This document shows, one piece after another, positions 26,071 to 37,179 of a stretch of DNA of 64,000 nt. The position numbers and the translations under genes are program-made. Source of the DNA: a virus; the IMG/VR virus record IMGVR_UViG_3300007514_000005, positions 1 to 64,000 of that record. One strand, 5' to 3'. Every line of letters begins with the position of its first letter. Position 1 is the first letter of the stretch. The notes under the pieces were generated by a model that was not told the origin of the DNA, made no database searches, and saw only the letters and a program-made list of their open reading frames with translations.

Positions 26071-28913
26071 TGTTAAGTCCGGTTGATTTGGGTATTCTCT
26101 CCCCCATAATGATAGTATTCTGCGGGGTGCTAATGGTAGTGCTCCGAGCGGGAGCATCAAGAGTTTTCTTCGACATTGTTGGAACATTTCGTGCCGATGA
26201 ATTGATGGATGATGTAGAAGCATCAGTCACAACCATGAACGCTATCGTTATTGACGGTTTAAGCGGGATGGAAGAAGCAGGCGCTATGGTAGCCGAACAG
26301 ATGCAGAAGATAGTAGAGGCTACTGTTCCCCTTTCATACGAATTAGAAAAGGCAACCATTGAATTCCAAAAATTCGTAAGTGAGGCTGAGGGCGCTAGAC
26401 TTGCTGATGAAGTAAGACAAGTAGGTCTGCAATTCGGTTTTACTTCTAATGAAGCACTTGAAGCAGGTGCTAGAATGGCTCAATTATCCTCGCTGTTAGG
26501 TGAAAATGCTGTTCCCGCCGCTACTGAAATGGCTTTGGCTTTCGGTCTTATAGGTGATATGACCCCCGAAACCGCCATGCAAAAACTAATCAACCTACAA
26601 CAGCAGACAGGCTTCCTCTATGGAGATAACACCAAAGCGGCATACAATTTGCTAACTGCTGAACAACAAGTAGAACAAGTTAGAAGAGAGATGGCTCATA
26701 CTCTCAATACACTTAACAAGGTAGAGGATAATTCCGCCGCTACTATGAGTAAAATAACGGGTGTAATGAATGAGTTTGCTTCGCAGGCTCACCTTGCAGG
26801 CGAAGAAATTAGTATGATGGCCGCTATGTCGGCTACTCTAATTGAAGCGGGTGAAGAGCAGGGTAAGGGTGGTCGTGCGCTTCGTATGATTTATGCCCGT
26901 CTAGGAGCAGACACAAGTGGTTCAGCAACAGCCCTAGCGCAATTGGGTGTAGAAACCAAAAACGCTGACGGTTCTTTGCGTGCGCTTTCAGATATACTAG
27001 CGGACTTAGACCCTAAATGGAGACAGATGAATAGCGGTCAAAAACAGGCGGTAGCGCAAGTCATAGCAGGTAATAGGCACTATGTAAGATTCATTAAACT
27101 AGCAGAAAATTACGATAGGATAATAGAGTTAAACACGGCTACTACGGGAGAGATGGGTGAGGTTTATAGCGAAGCAGGTGAGCCTGTAAATTACCTAAAC
27201 AAACTAATGAATTCTAATGCTGTCGCTATGGATAGAGCAAATGCAGAATTAGAATTAGTGACCGCACAGATAGGTGACTTTTTCATTCCTACGACAGTAG
27301 CCGCTACTGAATTCCAAGTGTTATTCAACCAAGAATTACTCAATATGCTACAAGGTATGGGTGGTTTAGGAAATGCTCTTCAAGGCTTCTTTGAATTCCA
27401 ACAGATTATATCCGGTGTATTCGCACCATTCTTTAGCGCAGTTATCAATGTAAAGGCAATGAATGTCGCTATGCTAACTCAAAGACAAATTATGAGGGCG
27501 CTAAACGGAGAGCAATTACAAAGAAATATGAAAACAAAAGCCGCGCACGAAGAAGAGATAGCCAACATGAAATTGCTCAGCGCAGGGCTTGAAGAACTAA
27601 AGACTCAAAATATAGGACTAACTATTGCTAACCAAAATAGATGGAGTCAGCAAAGACAGGCAGATGCCGCAAGGCGACCAATGCTAAAACAAGAAACCCT
27701 ACAAATTAAGGAAATGATAACACAAGTCCAAAACAAAACTCGTGTGACTAGAACCCTAGCCTCAGTCGAAAGAGAGAGAAGGACATACAATAGAGCGGTT
27801 GATGAATTAGCACTATTCACCCAAAAGCGTAGCATTGATTTGACGAAATGGGAGACTGACCGACTAAAATACAAAACACAAACACAGAATGCTGTCCAAG
27901 ATAGAATAATAGCCGTTAGGTTTGCACAAGAAAAATTAAACCTTGCTCTTCAAGAGGAAATAAGAATCCTAGATTTAGAGCATACTAGAATGAAGAGAAG
28001 GAATAACATTCTATGGAGTAGTGTAGTGCTGTTAGACGATTACAAATTTAGTTTGAGAGGCGCTACTTTCGCAACGAAGAGCCTAACCGTTGCAACAGAA
28101 GAGCAGACCGCCGCAATTATGAGAATGTCTATGACCTTAATGAAATTCGGAATGATTATCTTCGTAGCAGAAATGCTTGTGTTAGGATTCAAAGATGCAA
28201 TACCCGGAATCACAGACGAGGCCCACGCCGCAAGAATAGCGGTTATACTTATGGGTATGGGTATGGCTCTTATGGCGGCAGAAATGATATGGAGCACATC
28301 AGCGATAATAGGAAATACATTTGCTGTAAAGGGTGCTAGTTTGGCTCAGAAAGCGCACACCACATGGGTAGCCATAACTACGAGCGCTATGAGTTTTCAA
28401 ACCGCCGTTGTTAATGCCTTTACTGTTGCTTGGACATTGATGAAAAGCGTAATGAGTGTAGGTGCTTTCATTGTTATTGCTATTGGTATAGCGTTAGCAA
28501 TAGATAAATACATTATTCCTAGATTCAAGAAAATGACCGAGCATTCTACCGAAGCGACAGACGCATTACTTGAGAATGAACAAGCGGCATACGACTATGC
28601 GGCGGGAGTAAATGACGCCTTTGGAAACATTGACTTTAGTGTGTTCGGAGAAGGAGCAGAAGCAATGGACGAATTCAATAACTCTCGTGAGGAAATGTTC
28701 TTCGGATTTAAGGCGGGGCAGACCACAGGAGAATTAGTTAAGCAGGTCAAACAAGGTGGAGTAGATAATTTCGTTCAAAATACCGAAGTAATAATGACTA
28801 ACAATTTCAACGGACTAACTGTTGATGAAATGGTTGATGAGATAATATCACAAATAGAAGTCAAATCATTTACACACGGTAATAGCACTATGAGTGTATT
28901 AGTGGCCCGATGA
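26070..28913 (+). CDS. Tape measure protein (TP901-like core)
   Basis: 947 aa helical; GRALRMIYARL, ALAQLGVETKNADGSLRALSDILADL; C-terminal hydrophobic helices. Confidence 0.9.
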   Translation: MLSPVDLGILSPIMIVFCGVLMVVLRAGASRVFFDIVGTFRADELMDDVEASVTTMNAIVIDGLSGMEEAGAMVAEQMQKIVEATVPLSYELEKATIEFQKFVSEAEGARLADEVRQVGLQFGFTSNEALEAGARMAQLSSLLGENAVPAATEMALAFGLIGDMTPETAMQKLINLQQQTGFLYGDNTKAAYNLLTAEQQVEQVRREMAHTLNTLNKVEDNSAATMSKITGVMNEFASQAHLAGEEISMMAAMSATLIEAGEEQGKGGRALRMIYARLGADTSGSATALAQLGVETKNADGSLRALSDILADLDPKWRQMNSGQKQAVAQVIAGNRHYVRFIKLAENYDRIIELNTATTGEMGEVYSEAGEPVNYLNKLMNSNAVAMDRANAELELVTAQIGDFFIPTTVAATEFQVLFNQELLNMLQGMGGLGNALQGFFEFQQIISGVFAPFFSAVINVKAMNVAMLTQRQIMRALNGEQLQRNMKTKAAHEEEIANMKLLSAGLEELKTQNIGLTIANQNRWSQQRQADAARRPMLKQETLQIKEMITQVQNKTRVTRTLASVERERRTYNRAVDELALFTQKRSIDLTKWETDRLKYKTQTQNAVQDRIIAVRFAQEKLNLALQEEIRILDLEHTRMKRRNNILWSSVVLLDDYKFSLRGATFATKSLTVATEEQTAAIMRMSMTLMKFGMIIFVAEMLVLGFKDAIPGITDEAHAARIAVILMGMGMALMAAEMIWSTSAIIGNTFAVKGASLAQKAHTTWVAITTSAMSFQTAVVNAFTVAWTLMKSVMSVGAFIVIAIGIALAIDKYIIPRFKKMTEHSTEATDALLENEQAAYDYAAGVNDAFGNIDFSVFGEGAEAMDEFNNSREEMFFGFKAGQTTGELVKQVKQGGVDNFVQNTEVIMTNNFNGLTVDEMVDEIISQIEVKSFTHGNSTMSVLVAR

Positions 28914-28922
28914 GGTATTTTT

Positions 28923-31900
28923 ATGGTAAGAGTAGTTAAGGACAAGTATAATCTATGGCTTGTTGGATACTATGACGATTTCAACGGAGCGAGAGCGATA
29001 AGTAATGACGACAATGTGCCTGATAACTCTAGTCAGGGGGCATTCTCACACCTTTTTACTCACTACGGTAATCCCCTAAATGGTGAAGCAACACTTAATC
29101 CTCGCTACCGATGGTGCTACTATGATAGAACCACAGTAGGTGGATACCCAAATGCCGATGAGCCATATATGTTCTCTCTTGCTATTAACAGACTTCTACA
29201 CAATAAGGGGGCGTTTGAGTGGATAAGTCACGATGTAATAAGAAATTACCCGTCTGAACCACAAGGAAGGTCTCAATTACAATATCCTGATGGACACACT
29301 AACACCAATAAATTTCGTATTCATCCCTTTAGTGGTGGTGGTGATGATGCTTACCAAATGTTCTGCAACGGACATAATACACTAGGTAGGTATATAGTGC
29401 CTACCGGAGATATTGATAGCAGTTTTGGTAGAAGGGATATGAACGGCTATGGTGCTACTTGGACGAGTAAAACAGATGGTAAGAATACTTGGGTTAAAGT
29501 AAATGAAATGGGCGGCTCAAATTTTGGTAATGATGATGCAATAACAATGGTGCGTAGAGCGCACCTTGCAGGTAAGTGGATGGGTGAAACTCTTAAGCAA
29601 ACTTCATCAACAGAAACTATGCCCCTTAATGTATTTGCACCCGTAGAATCACCTTCGGGTATGCCCTTTTTATGTGTCCAACAATACAACCAAACAGGTA
29701 ATAACAGCACGCCGTCTATCCCTACTATTTACTACGACAATTCACTAAACTCAAGAGATACAAACGATATTCTACATTTCCGTTTAGCCGTCCGCTCCTT
29801 TAATGGGGGAACGGCAAGCAACGGAAAGATAACCCCTAAAGTCACAATCAAGGCAGGCTACACAGGTGGCCCTGCGGCAATAACTAATGGAATAACAGAC
29901 ATGGAAGCGGGGCTTACAGGAACGCCTAAGATTTCCTTTGACTTGGATTTAACAGGTTATGATACTAACCCACACCTTTACACAGGCAATACGACTAAGA
30001 TAGCCTACAATAATGATGACTCATGGATAGATGTTGATGTGCATTTGAATTACGATACAGGAAAATTCAATGTGTATCAAGATGGAAATTTGAAATTGAG
30101 TAATCAATCTATGAGTGGCGCTGTCGCTGAAAATATGTATGGGTGGGCCATATTCATGCACCCTACAAGTGGGGATGATAATGTGACTTCTACTCTCATG
30201 CTAGATAGGGTGGCTCTATGTCGTCCGCTTACTGATGACCCCATAGGTAGAGATTTACCCCCAATAAACAATATGAGGGCTTCTACTACAATTAACGGTT
30301 ATTCGTATTGTAGTTTTGAGTTAATAGATGATGCCGATAATTATGATGAGACTAACTATGGGTTTTCTACTGATAATTATAACCACAATTTTACTTCAAT
30401 GTTTGTAGGTAATAAGTTAGCAGATTGGGGCGTTGTGTTTTTCGCGGGAGCAGGTGAAACAGGTAATCACGGAATAGCGAGAATAGACCGACCCGTATGG
30501 AGAGGGCTTTTGAAAAGCATTGATTTGAAAGAAAACAAAGACGGAAGAAAGATACAATTTACCGCATACGATACTCTCACTTCTATGGATAAAACTATTC
30601 CTATGTGGGAGTTAGGGCAAAATAAAACAAACGACCTAGAAACCTTTAGCCCCTATTGGGCCTACGATGCTGAGGGGCTTATGCAGGTTATGGATTTGGG
30701 TTCTTCATCACTTAAACAATTCGCCGCAAATGTAGGTAGAGACAGCAGTAATTCTTTTGAGAATAGGTTAGACCAAAGGACGCAGTTAAGGACGGGCCAT
30801 CCTATACAAATGTATGTAAATGAAGACGCAAGTGGCCCTAACAATATCGAAGACGATTTTGAGGGAGCAGGAGTAGAATACTTCTACGAAGACTCAACGG
30901 GCATTAGATTTGTTCTTACAGGCAACCCTAACATGGGGGCGTCAGGCAATATAGTGATAGACAATACAGGTATTCCTGCATACGACAATCTTACTCTCGC
31001 TATTACTGCGCACCACAGCATAGACAGCACGGGTGCTACTGTCGCCTATAACGCCTCACACGCCCAAGAAGTATTGACCGTAGCAAAGGGTAGCGGCACA
31101 GGCCAATTCCCATTTACCGAGCAATACACAAATAGCATAGCCTATATAGGAAAATATATTGGGCCATCCGTAGCACACGATGATGAAAATTATTCTTTCA
31201 CAGCCGGACATAATGTAGATATTATGGCTAACTACAATCGCTATATGACTTTCATAGAAAATAACCCCGCCACATGGGAAAACGGTAGGGGTTCTATCGG
31301 GGGTCTTAGAATAATTGATGCGGGTAGTGGATATACCGTTGCTAACAATTACTACACATTAGTAGATGGTGTGAAAGAGAAGAAGGGCAACATTTTACTA
31401 CCCGCCCCTGTTCAACCCGACCCTTCTGCCTTCCCTTATTGGGTAGGAGAGACTGCTACGGCGGAATGGGAATCAGAAACTACACATATCAATGTCGGGC
31501 CGGAAACACCTACGGGGGATGATACAAGCGTCACATGGATAGAAGGAAGAATTACCGATGCAATAGTCACAAATGGTGGTAGTGGTTATGGGTATTTGAA
31601 CAACGGCACATCATACAATGCTATGCCTGACCTTACCACAGTAGATAGAATTCAGGGAACAGGCACTTACAACAATAGCGGGGCTACCGCCCTCACCCTA
31701 AATCAAACTTCCAATACTTGGCCTGTAAATAATAATCATACGGGGCTTAACGGAGTGCATATCATTTCCGGCAATTCAAGTCACGGCGCAGGCTCAAAGA
31801 TGGGATATTTTAATGTGCTTTCCGGTAGTCATAGTAGTAGTGGTTCGGGCTTGGTGTTAAAAGTGACTGTTAATGCAGATGAAAACGGAGCGACCCAAAA

Positions 31901-34900
31901 TAATTCTACGGTAGATATTGAGGTAGTAGCGGTTGGGTCGGGATATGCACTTAATGATACTTTGGTAGCGACCATAGAGTATTTCGCTCCCCTTCCCACG
32001 ATAATTTCTTTGTTTGTGACTGTCTCTTCTATAACACAAGATGCGGAATTAGAAATAATCCGTGCTGAACAGGCTTATACTGATACTCTTTCTTTCCACA
32101 TGGATACTAGCCAAAGCGCCGTTTTGAGCACTCTTAGTGTGGGTGACGAGTTTGTAATTTCCGGTGCTTCAAGCGATTATGATGATATACGAGGCAAACA
32201 CACAATAAAGGCCATCAAGAAGGTATTAAATTATCACGGCAACCCTACTGCCCCTAACGAAAAGGGTAGGTATCTCTATCAGATTCAAACCTATACTCCA
32301 ATACCTTCCGGCTTTACAGAAGGCGACTTTGGTGACTTCGATAAAAAGTGGGGTCTCATGCTTTCTAGTTATCATTATGGTGCTCTCGACCAAAGACTTG
32401 CGTGGAGCAAAAAAACAATGGCTACACTTACACCAAAGCCCGCGAGTATGACCGAAGATATTACTTCAAGGGCTATACACGCCCGTTGGATGAGAGACCT
32501 TGACGATTCTTTGTGGTTCAAATATCACTTTGGTAGGATAGGATATAATGCGCAACACTCGTTTAATTTGGTAAGCGCGGTAGATGCTAATGCAAACAAA
32601 ATAGAAGTCACACAAGCAACATACAATGCCGCCCCAAACGCAGGAGTAGCAGAAATTGTGCAACCGCAACCTTCCATAAATTACGAAACACGCAAAGACT
32701 TGCGTGATGTGTTTATCTACAAATGTAAATACACCGAAGGGGGTAAGTGGTATTTGGGTGCTTGTAAATACATTAGTATCTCTCATCCCACTACCGTAAA
32801 TGCTTGGGGAGATGATTCACAATTAGCCTCTCAACCCGTCAAAATAAATATCATTAAGCATGATAATAATTACAAACATATTTGGCTTCTATGGGCAGAT
32901 ATGCGAAACGATGCAACAGCAGATGCAGACGGGGGGAAAAGAAAAAAGGACTTTGGACTCAAATATCCTACTGCTGATAACTATTCTTTTGATATTCAAT
33001 TTGACGACCAATTTGATGAAGACGGCAACCCTGAATCCTTTGCTGAATTAAAAATTGGAGAGGACTTAGATGTGTGGGAAATAGATTCTACAATAGATGA
33101 TTCAACGGGGTCGCCATTCTCACAACCCCTAGATTATGATAACATGGTAGTCTTAACGGGGTCAAATTTTAGTAGCGTAGGGGGTAAATTAAGTATAGCC
33201 AAAACAGGTCATGGTCTTGCCGATGATGATTATGTGGGGTTGATTAACTGTGGGGCTACTTACGATAAAGTGCATAAAGTGACGGTCACAAACTCAGACA
33301 ATTTTGTGCTTGATGTAGCCTATACTAGCGGGTTTAGTGGAACGATACCTAAATTCTTCTACGCCAAAACTAAGGGTAGTAGTATTGATGAAACATATTA
33401 CCGAGATTGGGAAGGTAAGGGCGGCGCTTTCGTTGTTGTAGATACAAGTAAATTTTTCAATCTTAACACACTTTCTAACAAGGGTAAAGTAGGGCAAGAC
33501 GGTGGTGGAGAAACTAATTTGGGTGATTATTACGCAGTAGGTGTAGGAGACCCTGTGTTAATAGATTCTTACTACATCAATGCCGCCTCTACTACTGCTA
33601 CTACAAATAGTAATTATCGTAATCATTACAATTTAGACAGAATGGTGGCTAACAAGACAGAATTAGCCTCAAGTATCATCAAGGGTCATTTTTGGTTAGA
33701 GCCAACAGATACTACCATATTCAGCAAGCATGGTTTAGGTCGCGCATTAGGCCTGACTAACGGTTCAAATCACAGAAGCACTTGGTATTTCCTATGGAAT
33801 GGTAAGGTAGAAGAAGATGTGTTCGCTAATACGGTCACGGTAGCATCTCCTTCGATTGGAGACAAATTTTGGACAATAACCAAGTCGGGCGCTACCTTCA
33901 TTTCTGATGGTGTAGTAGCAGGCACTTATGTTGAAAATACTTCTAAGCCTCTTGTTGAGGGTGTTGGTGACTCTTGGAAAGGGGGATGGAAGCAGAAGCA
34001 TTATTATCGAGTGAAAGAAGTAGTCTCAGAAACTCAGTTAAAAATAGAGAGAGTAATACACTATACACCTAGTGAGACTACAAGATGGGGCTTTGAATAC
34101 GGCACAACAGGAGAGAGTTTTTCAGGATTTACACACGGACTGTATGTAAGACCTGCGGGGCTAGACAACGACAGTATCACAGATGGTTGGGCAACGGGTA
34201 ATCACCTTAAAATCCCGAAGCAATTATGCAACATTCTAGTGGATACTGTAAATTCCGGTGGAACAGATAATACTTGGAATCCTTCGGGTATTGAGACCAT
34301 ATTTACTGAAAGATTCAAAGAATTAGTCGGAACAAGAAACCCCATCCAATACGCTCACTCTTCCACAGATATTGATAATAATGCTTTTAGCGTAGTAGAA
34401 GTATATACTTCAACAGCAAATGAATTCGCGTATAGATTGATGATGAAGATTAACGGTAAATACAAAAACACCAATGGCGGCACTTTTTATGAGAGTGATA
34501 AAATGAGAACACTATGGACTAATTCTCTTCTGCGCTCTTGGTGGGCCGACACAAAACTGACGGCCATGTTTGATATTCAAAATGTTCCCATCAGTTTTGA
34601 TATGACTACATACAATACTAATTCGCAATATGATTCATACGGTAGTATGATAGACAGTAATGGGGATGCGCTTATGGATACACTCAAAGATACAGCAAGT
34701 AATACGGGTGTTGGTGACGAAAACTCTCTTTTTACCTCTTTCTCTTGGTTAGTAGGTAGAGATAACAGATTCGATTTCAGGCCTAAATACAATTCCGGTT
34801 ATACTATCACTAGAGACGAAGTAAAAATATCCAAATTTGCTATGTCTCAGATGGAAAGAGTAGATAATGTAAGGGTGATATACAATCAAGGCATGAGTAT

Positions 34901-36911
34901 AACTGATTACCCTAAACCTAATGTTGGCGATACTACTACATGGAAGGTTCTTGAGCACCCCGAAATAACAAACAGTATAGAAGCGTTGTCCGTAGCAAAG
35001 GCAGAATATAATGCCCGTAAGAAAAACCCAATAGAGTTAGATGTAGAAATGCTTAGGCTACACGCAGACGATAGAGACGCAATGTTAGATGGTGGAAGAT
35101 ACGGCTACATAGCAGACGCGCAGGTGGCTCTACAAGGCAACAACGACCAATCATTAGGCACGGCTTGGTGTTGGACTATCATGGGAACGGGGGGCGTGCC
35201 GTTTAGCGGGATGACTAACGGGATTGATGGAAATATGGGTGCAGTAGTGACTAAGGATACTCTTCATAAGAGATACGGTTCTTCTGCCCCTGTCGGTAGC
35301 GGCACTATTGAGCATAAGGATAACTACACTTGGTATGGCTCTCGGTCTGTATCTAACGCCTTACAAATAGTCCATGTGGGTAAGGATGCACCAAAGGTAA
35401 GTGAGACTACCGGAGAAAAACTAAGAGTCGTAGTAGCCATTAAACCCTCACAAGCAGGCACTACAACCATAGAAACTACACAATTCAGGGTCTTTTTACT
35501 TGACTGTGCCTTTGCTACTACTACATCGAGTGGTTATGGGCCTGATTTGAAGTCGGCTATCGAAGGACATTCTTACCTAGATGTGCAATACAATGGTTTT
35601 TATGAGATTGATGTTCCTTCTTCATACGGAACGGGTAAGGTAGTGTTCTCTTTCAACGCAGACTATTGCCGAGACCTACTCAGAAGCCGATGTGGAGACC
35701 CGACAAGTTATCCTACTGTGCTTAGAAATTCTTTAACCTACTTGGGAGACACCACTAACAAGACCGTCACTTTGGAAGGCAATAACAACCTAAGTAGTAT
35801 CTTCCCTCTTGGTTGTAGAAAGCAGACTAGCATGAAAGGTGGTTTTGGTGATGTAAGAGCCATGTGGTATGCACCAACCTTAAACATTATAGATGATGTT
35901 ATGTATGTGCCTGCAACCTATGTGAAATACACAGATGCCGGATTCGATATAAACAATAAAACAATGGTTATAACAAATGTTGAGTGGAGAATTTCATTTG
36001 GCGAAGGGGAGACTGTTAAACTGTCTTTGAGAGAAGATGAATCAAATGCCGTAGGAAGTATTCTTTCGTATGTGTTTAAGCCCGTAAGCCCACCTAGTGC
36101 ATCGGCAGGAGACCCGTCATCCACCATTGTTAATGTAATACCGCCGTCAGGTGGAGTAGGAGATGAAATAAAGCCCGATACACCAAGCGGTGGAAACAAA
36201 CCTTCTGATGAAGACGGATACTCCATAGGATACGGAGTAGGACTTTCAGACTTACCTGCGGGCTTGTATAGAACCCTCATGGGCGGTATGGATAACACAG
36301 GTAGTCAGTATTCATCTCAATATAGCAACAGCATTTTAGGACAGAACATTATGCCTACTACCCCCTCTAGTATGCGTGGTATGACCGGAGCACTAAGAAT
36401 TCACCCTACAAGTGGTTCGGCTACTGCTACCAAAAACGGAATAAATTTGCCGGGTAAAGGAAAGGAAGAAGGTGTAGGGGCAGAAGCAGAAAATAAATTT
36501 TCAAAGAAAGAAATAGAGCATACAGCAGAAGTTAGATTACAAACACCACCGGATGCAATAAACGATGAATTAAATATCACGGCTGATTTGAAATTACCCG
36601 CTACAACCAAGCAGGGTTCAGCCGTCCTTTATGTGCAGGCTACCTGCTTAGAGACAGGGGCAAGTATTTCTGAGGTTATTGGTGTGAATACAGGTTCTAA
36701 CCTGAAAAATATGCAATTGTGCTCAGCAGGAATTCTTACGGGGGCAGGCACTACGGGTAATACCATTGTAGTATCTTTGAGTAGAAGGTCGGGGGTAGGA
36801 GACGACACGGCTCATTACACTACCATGTCTGTGGAGAATCTAAATATCAATTTCAGAAGGGCGGCTTTCCCTGCCGAGAATACAAGCAATGTATTCATGC
36901 CTTACTCTTGA
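28923..36911 (+). CDS. Giant tail tip/baseplate-receptor-binding protein (2662 aa)
   Basis: Directly after TMP; beta-rich, GSGY repeats, hub-like segments (VWRGLLKSIDL...IQFTAYD; MVITNVEWR...VKLSL). Confidence 0.7.
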   Translation: MVRVVKDKYNLWLVGYYDDFNGARAISNDDNVPDNSSQGAFSHLFTHYGNPLNGEATLNPRYRWCYYDRTTVGGYPNADEPYMFSLAINRLLHNKGAFEWISHDVIRNYPSEPQGRSQLQYPDGHTNTNKFRIHPFSGGGDDAYQMFCNGHNTLGRYIVPTGDIDSSFGRRDMNGYGATWTSKTDGKNTWVKVNEMGGSNFGNDDAITMVRRAHLAGKWMGETLKQTSSTETMPLNVFAPVESPSGMPFLCVQQYNQTGNNSTPSIPTIYYDNSLNSRDTNDILHFRLAVRSFNGGTASNGKITPKVTIKAGYTGGPAAITNGITDMEAGLTGTPKISFDLDLTGYDTNPHLYTGNTTKIAYNNDDSWIDVDVHLNYDTGKFNVYQDGNLKLSNQSMSGAVAENMYGWAIFMHPTSGDDNVTSTLMLDRVALCRPLTDDPIGRDLPPINNMRASTTINGYSYCSFELIDDADNYDETNYGFSTDNYNHNFTSMFVGNKLADWGVVFFAGAGETGNHGIARIDRPVWRGLLKSIDLKENKDGRKIQFTAYDTLTSMDKTIPMWELGQNKTNDLETFSPYWAYDAEGLMQVMDLGSSSLKQFAANVGRDSSNSFENRLDQRTQLRTGHPIQMYVNEDASGPNNIEDDFEGAGVEYFYEDSTGIRFVLTGNPNMGASGNIVIDNTGIPAYDNLTLAITAHHSIDSTGATVAYNASHAQEVLTVAKGSGTGQFPFTEQYTNSIAYIGKYIGPSVAHDDENYSFTAGHNVDIMANYNRYMTFIENNPATWENGRGSIGGLRIIDAGSGYTVANNYYTLVDGVKEKKGNILLPAPVQPDPSAFPYWVGETATAEWESETTHINVGPETPTGDDTSVTWIEGRITDAIVTNGGSGYGYLNNGTSYNAMPDLTTVDRIQGTGTYNNSGATALTLNQTSNTWPVNNNHTGLNGVHIISGNSSHGAGSKMGYFNVLSGSHSSSGSGLVLKVTVNADENGATQNNSTVDIEVVAVGSGYALNDTLVATIEYFAPLPTIISLFVTVSSITQDAELEIIRAEQAYTDTLSFHMDTSQSAVLSTLSVGDEFVISGASSDYDDIRGKHTIKAIKKVLNYHGNPTAPNEKGRYLYQIQTYTPIPSGFTEGDFGDFDKKWGLMLSSYHYGALDQRLAWSKKTMATLTPKPASMTEDITSRAIHARWMRDLDDSLWFKYHFGRIGYNAQHSFNLVSAVDANANKIEVTQATYNAAPNAGVAEIVQPQPSINYETRKDLRDVFIYKCKYTEGGKWYLGACKYISISHPTTVNAWGDDSQLASQPVKINIIKHDNNYKHIWLLWADMRNDATADADGGKRKKDFGLKYPTADNYSFDIQFDDQFDEDGNPESFAELKIGEDLDVWEIDSTIDDSTGSPFSQPLDYDNMVVLTGSNFSSVGGKLSIAKTGHGLADDDYVGLINCGATYDKVHKVTVTNSDNFVLDVAYTSGFSGTIPKFFYAKTKGSSIDETYYRDWEGKGGAFVVVDTSKFFNLNTLSNKGKVGQDGGGETNLGDYYAVGVGDPVLIDSYYINAASTTATTNSNYRNHYNLDRMVANKTELASSIIKGHFWLEPTDTTIFSKHGLGRALGLTNGSNHRSTWYFLWNGKVEEDVFANTVTVASPSIGDKFWTITKSGATFISDGVVAGTYVENTSKPLVEGVGDSWKGGWKQKHYYRVKEVVSETQLKIERVIHYTPSETTRWGFEYGTTGESFSGFTHGLYVRPAGLDNDSITDGWATGNHLKIPKQLCNILVDTVNSGGTDNTWNPSGIETIFTERFKELVGTRNPIQYAHSSTDIDNNAFSVVEVYTSTANEFAYRLMMKINGKYKNTNGGTFYESDKMRTLWTNSLLRSWWADTKLTAMFDIQNVPISFDMTTYNTNSQYDSYGSMIDSNGDALMDTLKDTASNTGVGDENSLFTSFSWLVGRDNRFDFRPKYNSGYTITRDEVKISKFAMSQMERVDNVRVIYNQGMSITDYPKPNVGDTTTWKVLEHPEITNSIEALSVAKAEYNARKKNPIELDVEMLRLHADDRDAMLDGGRYGYIADAQVALQGNNDQSLGTAWCWTIMGTGGVPFSGMTNGIDGNMGAVVTKDTLHKRYGSSAPVGSGTIEHKDNYTWYGSRSVSNALQIVHVGKDAPKVSETTGEKLRVVVAIKPSQAGTTTIETTQFRVFLLDCAFATTTSSGYGPDLKSAIEGHSYLDVQYNGFYEIDVPSSYGTGKVVFSFNADYCRDLLRSRCGDPTSYPTVLRNSLTYLGDTTNKTVTLEGNNNLSSIFPLGCRKQTSMKGGFGDVRAMWYAPTLNIIDDVMYVPATYVKYTDAGFDINNKTMVITNVEWRISFGEGETVKLSLREDESNAVGSILSYVFKPVSPPSASAGDPSSTIVNVIPPSGGVGDEIKPDTPSGGNKPSDEDGYSIGYGVGLSDLPAGLYRTLMGGMDNTGSQYSSQYSNSILGQNIMPTTPSSMRGMTGALRIHPTSGSATATKNGINLPGKGKEEGVGAEAENKFSKKEIEHTAEVRLQTPPDAINDELNITADLKLPATTKQGSAVLYVQATCLETGASISEVIGVNTGSNLKNMQLCSAGILTGAGTTGNTIVVSLSRRSGVGDDTAHYTTMSVENLNINFRRAAFPAENTSNVFMPYS

Positions 36912-37137
36912 CCTTTTTACTTCGTAAGAATAAAATGAAGGCTACAATACCAATAACAAACACAGCGAAAGAAAGAAATTCGTGAGAGAGTATGACTTCT
37001 TTGTATGCCTGCCCATCTGTTAAATCCCAACAAATAGGGTTTTCATACTCACCGCCATTTTGCCTCTCGGTATAACAAATATCTAATTCGTTCCCACCCA
37101 ATAACCAATTTAGTCCATTTTCCAAAGAGTAGCCCAT
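36895..37137 (-). CDS. Small membrane protein
   Basis: C-terminal TM, two Cys. Confidence 0.55.
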   Translation of the reverse strand: MGYSLENGLNWLLGGNELDICYTERQNGGEYENPICWDLTDGQAYKEVILSHEFLSFAVFVIGIVAFILFLRSKKVKSKA

Positions 37138-37179
37138 GCACCCACAGCAATACTATAACGGTTATAGTCTCTAATGAAT

